Assembly (NCBI GenBank): GCA_051362555.1
Contig: CM120643.1
Coordinates: 1,302,001 to 1,366,000 of the forward strand
Origin: Lingula anatina
Taxonomy: Eukaryota; Animalia; Brachiopoda
DNA: 64,000 nt
Reading direction: 5' to 3'
The position numbers and the translations under genes are program-made. This document shows positions 34,954 through 46,600 of this stretch, piece by piece; the first letter of the stretch is position 1, and the number at the start of each line of letters is the position of its first letter. Under the pieces are notes generated by a model that ran no database searches, was not told the DNA's origin, and was given only the letters and a program-made list of their open reading frames with translations.

Positions 34954-37709
34954 CTAAAAATTGTAATGGAGCTTAAAATCCCAACCAATAAAACTCAAGA
35001 ATCGACCAGCCTGACCATATTTTCCCTTGACAATCAATTCAGTGGCAATGTATTTGCTCATATTCATGATTACTTTTCTTAATACGCATCTTTTTGCATC
35101 ACGTACTAAACTATCAAGACGTCTGGTTTTTGAATGCATGGGACCAAAATGCTCTACAAAGACTTTACGAGATTTCTCATAATAAGTAAGTGCCTCAGCG
35201 TATTTACCCATGACACATAGTACACTGCCAATATTCTGGTATGCCGTAGCAGTATCAGTGTGTTTCTCACCAAGTATTTCTTTCTGGATTTCTAGAGATT
35301 TCTCAAAATATGTAAGTGCCTCTGCATACTTACCCATGGCATATAGTGCACTGCCAATATTAATGTATGCCGCAGAAGTATGAGGGTGTTTCTCACGAAA
35401 GATTTCTTTCGTAATTTTAATAGAATTCTCATAATTCGTAAGTGCCTCAGAGTACTTACCCATGTCACGTAGTATATTGCCAATGCTCTGGTATGTCACA
35501 GCAGTATCAGGGTGTTTCTCACCAAGGATTTCTAGCTGCATGTCTAGAGATTTCTCCAAATATGTAAGTGCCTCTGCGTACCTACCCATGTCACCTAGTG
35601 CATTGCCATAATTCTGGTACGCCTTGGCAGTATGAGGGTGTTTCTCAGCAAGTATTTCTTTCTGTTTTGTAATGTATTTCTCATAATTTGTAAGTGCCTC
35701 TGCGTATCTTTCCATTTTACATAGTACATTGCCAATATTAATGTATGTCCCTGCAGTATCAGGGTGGTTCTCACCAAGTACTTCTTTCCTGATTTCAAGA
35801 GATTTATCATGATATTTGAGTGCCTCTACGTACTCACCCATGCCACGTAGTGTATTGCCAATATCCTGGTATGTAACAGCAGTATAAGGCTGTTTCTCAC
35901 TAAGAGTTTCTTTCTGGATTTCTAGAGATTTCGTATGATATTTAAGCGCCTCTGCATACTTACCCATGTGATATAGTGCATTGCCAATGTTCTGGTATGT
36001 CACAGCAGTATTATGGTGTTTCTCACCAAGGATTTCTTTCATGATTCCAAGAGATTTCTCATAATTTGTAAGTGCCTTAGAGTACATACCCATGCCACTT
36101 AGTACATTGCCAATGCTCTGGTATATAACGGCAGTATCAGCGTGTCTCTCACCAATGGTTTCTTTCTGGATTTCTAGAGATTTCTCATAATATGTAAGCG
36201 CCTTTGCATACTTACCCAAGTGATATAGTTCATTGCCAATATTTTGGTATGCCCCTGCAGTATTACGGTGTTTCTCACCAAAGATTTCTTTCATGATTCC
36301 CGGAGATTTCTTATAGTGTGTAAGTGCCTCTGAGTACTTACCCATGTGACTTAGTACATTGCCAATACTCTGGTAGGTAACAGCAGTATTAGGGTGTTTC
36401 TCACCAAGTATTTTTTTTTCAACTTCAAGAGATTTCTCATAATATGGTAATGCCTCTGCATACAAGAAAACGTTTTGAAATACACGTGCAATTAAAAACA
36501 GATTTTTTGATTTTAAAATTGTTATTTTTTTATCATGAAGTTTTTTGTTGCTAAGTTGTTCAGATAGCAAACAAGCTATAGCCTTCAGGTGTGGTAGTAT
36601 TTTTAGGGCTTTTTCATATGTTTCCTTGGACGAAAGGGTATCAAATTCGGATACCAGAAGAGGTGTTTGCTTCATGTAATGTTTACAGTACGCTTCTTGT
36701 ATGTGTTCTATTTCATTTTGATGATTCTTTGCTTGAAACGCTGCATACGCTCTCAATAAGGGGTGAAGATCATAAAAACTAAGATCTGGACTAAGAAGGG
36801 ATTTGTTGCAAAGACTGTCAAGGATAGATTCACATTCATCCTCATCTATTTCTAGCATTTCTGAAACTTCTTCCACATGAAATGAAACTGGGAACATATG
36901 TAAAGCTCGAAATAATTTCTGTTCTTCAGTATTCAGTGTTTCATAAGACATATCCAGGCATGACATCATTTCTTGAGACGCTGGAAGATTTGCCACCTTA
37001 AGGCTTTCAATAACATTTTTGTTTTTCATCCTATCTAATACTCTCTGTGCAGTTTTCTGCTCGAGTTGAACTGCTAATAATTTCAATGCAAGGGGGTTCC
37101 CCCCGCATTTCTTTGCAATTTCACCTAACACTAATGACTCACTATCAGTGGGACTAGGGTTTTTTCCTTCCCAAAGGATATCAATGGAGGGTGCCTTATC
37201 AAGGGGGGGTACATCTACAACAGTCATGTTATGTGACACAAGACTGAATGCTTCACGACTGGTACACAACAAAGTGACATGCTTTGTTGAATTCAAAATG
37301 GTTTGCACCAACTTATGAAATTCTTGCAAATTGGACTTTATTACCTCATCATTGTTATCAAAAATAAAAACAGTGCCTGAAGACAAACTAGACAAAGTTT
37401 GTATGAACATATTTTGAAAGTCACTGTATAAATCTTCCAGGGATCGTGTTGGGTGGTAGTGCTGTACCAGAGATAACTTGACAGATTCAAGGTTGGTGAC
37501 TTGTCTCATATCAATATAAAGTACATATTGTTCACGATGCCCGACTTCGATAGCCACCGATGTCTTCCCAATGCCCCCCATCCCAGTTAGAAGAACAAGT
37601 CGGGTTTCACCTGCAATATACTGCTGTATTCGTTGCACCAAGTCTTCACGACCTTTAAGGTCAACAAGTGTTCCTGGTAGCTGTACTGAGAGGAGCTGAC
37701 ACGGGACAG
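34954..37709 (-). CDS. STAND NTPase (NB-ARC type) + 11 x 42-aa TPR repeats, NLR-like receptor, large terminal exon
   Basis: Intact ~918-codon exon after acceptor 'ttttgatttttccag|ct' (phase 1): GMGGIGKTS, VFIFDNND, CTSRE, CGGNPLAL, LDMSY, YDLHPLL, then repeats of HPxTAxxYxxIGNxLxxMGKYxEALxxYEKSLEIxKxILGE. Confidence 0.92.
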
Positions 37710-40645
37710 CTGGAAAAATCAAAATATGATAATAAACAGGGGCCGTATTCTCAAAACTTAGTAACTTATAACAATTTGTAACTATTTACGGGAATTTGTA
37801 ACTTTGACTTACACGGTATTCTCAAAGCTCTTGTAAGTCGTCGACTTACAAACTCTTGTAACTTTTCACGTAACTTTCCGGAAGTGACGTTTGGTCTATG
37901 AATAACCCGCATCGACGTATTTCACTGCCATGCTTTGCGTCGATAAAACATCTAGACATAAAAGTCTCTTGAAATATATTAAGAATCATTCAGAATGATG
38001 TGTCCAGACATTTTCTTTCAAGTTTTCATCGTAAAATCCACTCATTTTGAATGTGCTTCCTCCGACATGCAAGCTCAGAAATCAGACTTGGCTCCTCTTG
38101 TGGGATTCCCACAGCTGGGATTCCCCAAGTTTGCCGCTAGCAAAAAGCGCTTTATTTCATTAAATTTACAATGTAAACGTGTGTGAATATTTCCTACAGT
38201 AAGTTGCTAATAATAAACACTCACCATATTGATCAAATTTGATACTTGCTTGGATTTCATGCTGTCTTAGCCAAAGCCATACAAATAAGTTCACACAATT
38301 CCACTCTATATATGGCATTCAATTAGATATAAATTATTGTTTAAATATATAAACTTTGTTATTAAGTATGAGTGAGTATATATATTTTTTCTATTCACGT
38401 TTGCTGTGATTTTTTTTAGGATGAAGAGTTGGTAAATGATAGTTTTATGTTAAGCCACAAATAATAACACAAATTAATTCACACAGATAAATTGGCCCAA
38501 TTTTTCAAAAATAATAATCTACATGTTATTTCTAAATAAAATTGATAACTGTGATTAATTAATGGGTGTTGGTATAAAAGTGTGAATATGTTTTATTTTG
38601 TTACCATAAAGAGTTAGTATTTTTTTCATGTCAGTATGAAAAACACATTGTACTTGTACAAATGAACATGTACCTACAGGTTGGCTAGTATAAGCAGTAA
38701 AAAAAATGAAAATAAAGAATTTTGTAAATAAATAAAATATAATAATAATAATAATAAATTTGGTCACTGATTACTCGGTCACATTTTCAATAATTTCAGG
38801 TATTATTTGTTTCATATTATATCTGCTTATTTACACTCACTGAAAACTAACAAATATTCTTTCCTTCTGGATTTTTTCACCAACAGTTGTTATATGAGAT
38901 GTACATTCTTTACAAGTGCCCGTGTTCTTGTTTTATTTCACTGCATCTGAGACTTAAAAAACCTTGACAAAGATTCATTTAGTGTGTGTGTATACATTCA
39001 TGAAATATGAAAATGTTGCTGGGTACACTCAAAATTATTTCATTTTAGGTGTATTCACTCATTTTGAACCTTGAAAAGTGCTTGAATTAAGTTTTAAACC
39101 TGGATGCATGAAGGCAGTTATTCACAGGGAGGGGAAATGTTCCTTTTTGGACATTATTTTATTCTATTTTTTAAATGTTTCATCACCAGTGTGTATACAA
39201 TTTAATTTAAATGATATATTACTTCCTCTTTTCTTTGTTATAGAAACTTATGAGTGACTTTACATTGTCCTCATTTGCATTTAAGGAGTCTTTAAAAAGC
39301 AATTGAATTAGTCTCAAAATTCTTATAAAATCCTGAATTTGTTATTAGTGTTCATGTATGAACCTTGACATTGCACGCTTTCATCATAGAAAGTTATACA
39401 AACATCCATGATAACTCACAAATAATTGAAATAAAAAGTGAAAGGTGATGATTATCCCTAAAACTGACTTAAGAAAAAAAAAAAAGAAAATATGTTTTGT
39501 GACTACAAATAACAAGCCACGGCTGAAATATATTTCATAGCGAATTATAAGATGTTTCTATTTGTTTACTCAAATTAAACGAATCAGTTTCCTGAAAATA
39601 GAAGGAAATTCACTGTGCAGTGCATGCAATTTTAGTTTCAGCCATAACAATTGTGATAAGAAAATACACAATACTTCTTTATCCAAAACAAAACCCAAAA
39701 TAAATCCTAATGAGCAATATATAATGGAAAGAGACATAATCTTGTTTGTGTGTGCATGTATGTGTGAGTGCATCATAAAAGAGAAAATACAGATAAATGA
39801 TAAGGATTAAAACTTGCAGTTATTATTATTGTTATTATTTATGATGAAATAAATAACCATTTTATATTTATTATTATTGTAACAAGACTAAACATGTGTA
39901 TTCTGTGAGGAACTTAAATTATAAAAAAAGACTTATTTCTTTGGCAAGAAGGTTATTTTTAATTTAAATTAAAATTATGGTATATACTGGTTTTATTTAC
40001 CCTTATCTTAGAACTACAGCAAGTAGACAATGCAGGAATTATATTTTGCAGTATGAAATTAATTTCAAAATGAAACAGTAGCAAGAAAACAGCTATAATG
40101 GTTACGATCAAAGTGCAACCCAAGTAAGTGTCAGTTAACTCTAAATTAGAATTTACTCTGTAACATTGTAATAAGTGCAATGTTATGGGTCCGTGTATGG
40201 GGGGGCAAAGTGATTTCCATTTTGTCAGAAAATGAAAAAACGGCCGTTTTTCATTTTCATTTCAAGAAAACAGCGGAAATGCGATGAAAACGGGTTGGAA
40301 ATTCGTTTTTTCATTCAAAATGAAAAAACGAGAAATGGTTCGATTTTCTATGATCTTAAAAATGCTTAAAAATGGAAATATGAAATAAAACATGTATTTG
40401 TATATATATTGATTTATTACTAAAATTGATTTCGTTCTAAATCATTTTTCACTACTGTGCTTCAATCTTTAATGTTGAAAAAATGAGTTAGAATTTACAA
40501 CAACGTGGCAAAACGAATTTTGAATAATGGGTCGTTTTTCATTTTTCAATTTTAAAATGAAAACTGAAAAACGAGAAAACGGAAGTGCAGTCGGCTTGGT
40601 GATATATTATATATAGAGATCTGGCGGCAAATCACCACAGTCATC

Positions 40646-43600
40646 ATGGCTACGTATTCCATTACACATCCTGTGAAGGGAACCTTTAACCTTCGACTCA
40701 ATGACCTCAATGTTAGGAGGTTAGCGCAGGTGTTCAGAGTAAGTAAATAAAGTTTATTCATTAGCACATTAAAAAAAATTAATGTATAAGCTTCAATATA
40801 TGCCTTAAATTTTCAGTGCGACTCGCCTCCCCCCCTTTTTTCTGTTTTTTTTTTTTTCTGTTATCTCTGCACATTAAAGATTTCTGATATTATTTTCAAT
40901 TTCTTTTCATAATCGTTTTATTAATTTATTAGCTTTTTGACTGTAAAATTTATTTTTCTTTAAATATCGGATCTACATGTACGTATGTTCATGTAGGCCT
41001 ACCTTCCTTAACTGCAGATTGTTACAATTCAATGGCAGTATAGGCCTATATAGCCAGGGTTTTCCTGCATCGTACTTTCATTTGTTTTTAAAGTTTGTTC
41101 CTCTAATCTGTTCACGGAAACGTTAAAAATAACGCTATGATTAATATATATTCATGAAATAAAGGCCATAATTCCATCACTTGAAATCCTTGTTTACCAA
41201 TACTAGTACTGGTAAATAAAGAGGTTTATACAATCTAACAAAATAAAAATGAATTGTTACAGACTTAAATACTTACAGGAAGTCGAGTACACCCCATGAC
41301 CCCAGACGCCACGAAAACAAATTTTTAGCACACTTGTTTTAAATGAGTTTTAACTCTCTTAAAAGAGATAAAATTAAGATGGCATCATTTTATTCGCCCA
41401 AAAAATGGAATTTGTTGTTGACTTGCAATATAATAATACAATAACAGTAATACGATCACAATATAATAACACAATGATGTTTACAATATAATGCGTTAAA
41501 ACACATTTTAAAAAATAAAACTTCCTATTATCTTCGCTATATTGCATCTAAAGTATGTTTCCCTTGCACTAGTAGTGTGACATTATCATCTGAAACAATC
41601 GTACGTAAGCTGTGCAGTGTCGCATTTTACCGATAAGGCTAGCGGAGAAAGGGTTGACAAATAAATCCCTCAAACACCTCGAAAATGAGGAATGTAAAAG
41701 CGAATAAATAAGACTTAAATTTTGTGAATAATAATCACCCGTGCGTCCTTTATTCTAATGTTAGTTTGTGTAGAAAATTACGCAAATATGTATTTCTTCA
41801 GTTGTCGATCAGTTTAATTATGTTGCAAAGCAAATGACATACACTTTCGGCAATTACAAAACATTTAAAACTGAATCAAATGTGTAAGAAGTTATTGAGT
41901 GCAAGTTAATTTCTTTAAGCGTCAGTAAGTGCAGATTTTGTTCTCGAAGTAAGAAAAGATGGAACGTTTCAAAGTCCGATATAGTTGGATCTGATTGGTT
42001 GATTTTTCTATCGATTTGCGCGTGTTTAACACGTGTAGAACTCATGCATACTAGAGTTGGACAAGATCCAAGATGAGTAATTTGGGAAAAATTTTAAATA
42101 TTTTAAATCATAAACAAGTCTTATTAAAATTACCAAATTAGGAAATGTTGAATAGAGTTTTGTCATATGAGAATGGGAAATTTGAGAATGGAAAATAGAA
42201 TATAAACAATACTTGTACATTCTGTGAAAAAGGAGTCGGTGAATAAACGTACGAAAGCTCCAAACTGCTGTCGTCATTCCTCACTATAACAATTATTGAG
42301 TAATAAAATATTATATTGAGTATAAAAAGGTAGTATGTCGCCCACTTGGTGTAAAATGTAGGGAAATTTTCCTCTGTCCTTGAGCGACTACGTACGGTAA
42401 CAACAAAACAAGTTTAACCCGCTGTGATTACAGGTCTTTCTTTTAGATTTTATTTATATAGATACTATCGCCTGCCTTCATTCTCTAATAGAAAAATATG
42501 CATCGTCTGCGCCCTCCCCCGCACCGTTACTCCCCCGCACCGATACTCCCCCGCACCGTTACTCCCCCGCACCGATACTCCCCCTTAGTAAATTTTTGCA
42601 TTATGCACATCGATACGACCCCACACTGATAGATCCCCGCATCGATAAACCCCCTGTAAAATTGCCGTTATACGCGCACCGTTACTCCCCCGCACCGATA
42701 CTCCCCGGCGTTGTTGTTTCCCCGCACCGTTACTCCCCCGCACCGATACTCCCCCGCATCATTACTCCCCCTGTGCAATTTTGCCGAAACTGAGGATCGA
42801 GTAACAGAGTCAACCCTCCATTTAATTATACAGGTTTGGGTCAGTCTAGGTAAGTGGATCAAAATCTACGACCCGATTAAGTCCAAATTTTGCGGAGAAT
42901 CTCATGTACCACGCAAGTCCTTTATGCGAAATTTCGAGTTCGCACGTATGTAAGCACGTACGGAGGATATTGAACATTTCCAATAGATTCTACGAATAAT
43001 CTGCGAACAGCGAGGCCGCAAGCGTAATACTGTTGATAAGATCTTAGCCTGGTCCAAGATGCACGCCGCAAGAAATGAAGGAGAAAGAGCCCTTTGCGTG
43101 TTGAGTACGGCGCACGCCCTCACATCTATAACGAACAAAATCGAAAACAAGACGGGACTGCGACTATAAGAGGCGTGCTCACGACGCATGCTCGTGTCTC
43201 GACAATTTCGTTGTGCAACAATTTTCAAAATTTTTGAATTTTGCTCAATTCAGATTCTAATCTAATTCAGATTCAAAAGACAAGGGAAAGAAGCTTAAAG
43301 AGCAGAAAAGAAGGTTGGAGGAAAAAGACAGAAAACGAAGCGCTTTAGCACTTCTTTTTTATTACTTAATAATTTTACGAATTCATCGTTGCCTGAAAAA
43401 AAAGACATAGCTGCGTTATCTTAGATTAAAACTAACTTTGCCTTAAGTTAATAAAAAAAATAAATAAATAGATAAATAAAAGGCCGTACAATATAGATAC
43501 AGTAACTACTGAGTACAGTAGGAGAACGAAATTAATTTTGCAAAAACATTTCTCAAAAATCACAAGGAAGAGCTGTAGACCTACGTACTGTCATTGTCTG

Positions 43601-46600
43601 AGATCGCCTTTGTGTAACGTTCTTTATTTTCCCCAATATATTTCGAATAAAATTAGTCAATTCTGGGTCCCAAGAGGGTGGTTCATCTTGAAAAAAAAAG
43701 CATTACAGAAAGTGTTGTAAATTACGAATGGGGTTTACAAAGCCAAGGGAATCTATGCCTTGGGGGAGTAGTGTTTTTGCGGAGTATCGGTACGCGGGAG
43801 TATCAGTGCGGGGGAGTATCGGTGCGGGGATGTAAAGAAGCGGGGGATTATCGGTGCGAGGGAGTATCGGTGCGGGGGAGTATCGGTGCGGGGATGTAAA
43901 GAAGTGGGGGAGTATCGGTGCGGGGGAGTATCGGTGCGGGGGAGTATAGGTACGTAGCCACGGCTACGTACCTATACGCCCCCGCACCGATACTCCCCCG
44001 CTTCTTTACATCCCCTCACCGATACTCCCACGCACCGTTACTCCCTCGCACCGATACTCCCCCGCTTCTTTACATCCCCGCACCGATACTCCCCCGCACT
44101 GATACTCCCGCGTACCGATACTCCGCAAAAACACTACCCCCCCCCCCCCCCCAAGGCATAGATTCCCTTGGCTTTGTAAACCCCATTCGTAATTCACAAC
44201 ACTTTCTATAATGCCTTTTTTCAAGATGCACCATCTCTTGAGACCCAGAATTGACACATTTTATTCGAAATATATTGGGGAAAATAAAGAACGTTACACA
44301 AAGGCGATCTCAGACTCGCCGTACTCGACACGCAAAGGGCACTTTCTCCTTCATTTCTTGCATCTTGGACTAGGCAACTCAGAGTCTCTCACTTGCAAAC
44401 CAATCGCAAACTCCTTAGAAAGGGAGCAAATTACGCTTGCGGTCTCGCTGTTCGCAGATTATTCGTAGAATCTATTGGAAATGTTCAATATCCTCCGTAC
44501 GTGCTTACATACGTGCGAACTATAAATTTCACATAAAGGACTTGCGTGGTACATGAGATTCTCCGCAAAATTTGGACTTAAACGGGTCATCGATTTTGAT
44601 CCACTTACCTAGACTGACCCTAACCTGTATAATTAAATGGAGGGTTGACTGTGTTACTCGATCCTCAGTTCCGTCAAAATTGCATATGGGGAGTAATTAT
44701 GCGGGGGGTATCGGTGCGGGGGAGTAACAGTGCGGGGGAGTAACGGTGCGGGGGAGTATCGGCATGACCCCTACCCCGAGAGATGTTTACTCATGGATAG
44801 ACCACATTCTAGTATCAGCGTCAGGCATGGAAGACGTGGCCTCGTGTAAAATCATAGGCCCCGATCAGGGGAATTTATCTGACCACCTACCCCTCCGTCT
44901 GTGTATTAAAATGATAATTAATGGATCCACAACCCCTGGGACTGGTGCGTTCAAACACCATACCCTCAACTGGAACAATGGCTCTAATAATGCAGCATAT
45001 TGTAAGATAGTAAATGAAAAACTAGTAAAGTTGCCAGTAAAGTTGCAGACGTTTGAATCGCTACAGCCCGATGAAATAGAAAACGAGATCAACGGTGCAC
45101 TGACCGGCCTAAGCAACATTTTCCATGAAGCAGCTAGAGAGGCTGGATGCTCAGTACAAAATAAATCCTCATTCAAGCATTGGTGGTGCCCACACCTGAG
45201 TCAATTGCGAGAAAAGAAAAAGCTCTGGTGGCATATCTGGACGTCAAATGGCCGCCCTCGGAAAGGCATAATTTATAACTGCTATAAAAACGCTAAACAT
45301 TTGTTCAGAAACTTCTGTCGTTCGTATTCCCAAAACACAATTAATTCTGAAATTAATGAAATGAATAATCTATTTTATACCAGGAATAAAAATAGGCTGT
45401 GGAGAAGGAACTCTATAAAGCCAAACTCAAACTTAACTGCTACTCAATTTGCCAAAAGGATTATGACGGACAGTGAGGACCTGACCTCAGAGCAAGCTCA
45501 TATTTCCTCAGCTACAAATCGTAAATTGGTTCTCAAACTAAAATAAGAGTCACTACTAAACAAGTTATGGAAAGCATAAGTCGCCTGAAAAGAAATTGTT
45601 CTCCAGGCATCGATAGTGTAACTGCCGAACATATTGCTTTTGCTAAAAGCGACGTGCTATGCGATCTTTTCGCTTGTATTTTCACTGCTATTCTTCGTTA
45701 CAATATCGTCCCAGTCACCTTTGCGGAGGGGGTGTTAATCCCCATACTCAAAAAGCGTGGTCTAAACCCAAACCATCCGGAGAACTACCGGCCAATCACT
45801 ATCAGCACTACATACTCGAAACTTATCGAGTCCAGTGTGGCCTATACCACTGCTGGCATCCAGTTTGAAGAGGAACGGATGTCGCTTGCAGCTCCTTAAA
45901 TGATATTATGTGCACTGTGAAAGACGGTGACTCGCCTTTGTATATGTGCAGCCTCGACGCCGAAAAATGCTTCGATATGATTTGGCACAACGGGCTATTC
46001 TATAAACTGTTTGATGTCCTCCCCGATTCACATTGGTTATATCTTTATAAATTGTATAAATGTTTAAGTGCTTCAGTAAGGTGGGGAACAAGGCAGGGTA
46101 GTATTTTATCCCCGATCCTTTTTAACATTTTTATTGACGAGCTGCTTAAGAAATTATCCTCTACAAAAGCTGGTGTTTTAATCAGAAACAACTTATACAA
46201 TAATATAACTTAAGCTGATGACTTAACAATTTTTTCTACAACTGTGACTGGACTTCAAGAGCTGATTAATATCTGTTATGACTTCTCCCTGCGCTGGAGA
46301 ATGAAATTTAGTCTCAAAAAATCACAATGTATGACGGTAGGAAAAGTATTATTAAAAACACCCCCTTCGTGGTTCTTAGGTCGATATTCTATGGAAACGA
46401 CGGACTCTTTAAATATTCTGGGTATGACCTTTAATAGCAACTGCACGGCGGATGACCACACGGCTGCTAGAATTTGTTCTGCAACCAAGGCGTATTATGG
46501 AGCAATGTCGCATGGGGTGTGCTATAAGGGTCTGGACACAAAACCCAAATCGTATATATGGGGTGCACTGGTCTCCCCCGTCATAACCTATGGATCTAAC

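Noticed and set aside
37710-37722. Start codon of the 922-aa ORF
   Set aside because: It lies in the polypyrimidine tract; the exon starts at the acceptor (37709).
42512-44765. CRISPR-like array of short repeats and the Pro/Arg-rich ORFs within it
   Set aside because: No unique spacers or cas genes and the context is eukaryotic; these are subrepeats of a foldback element.
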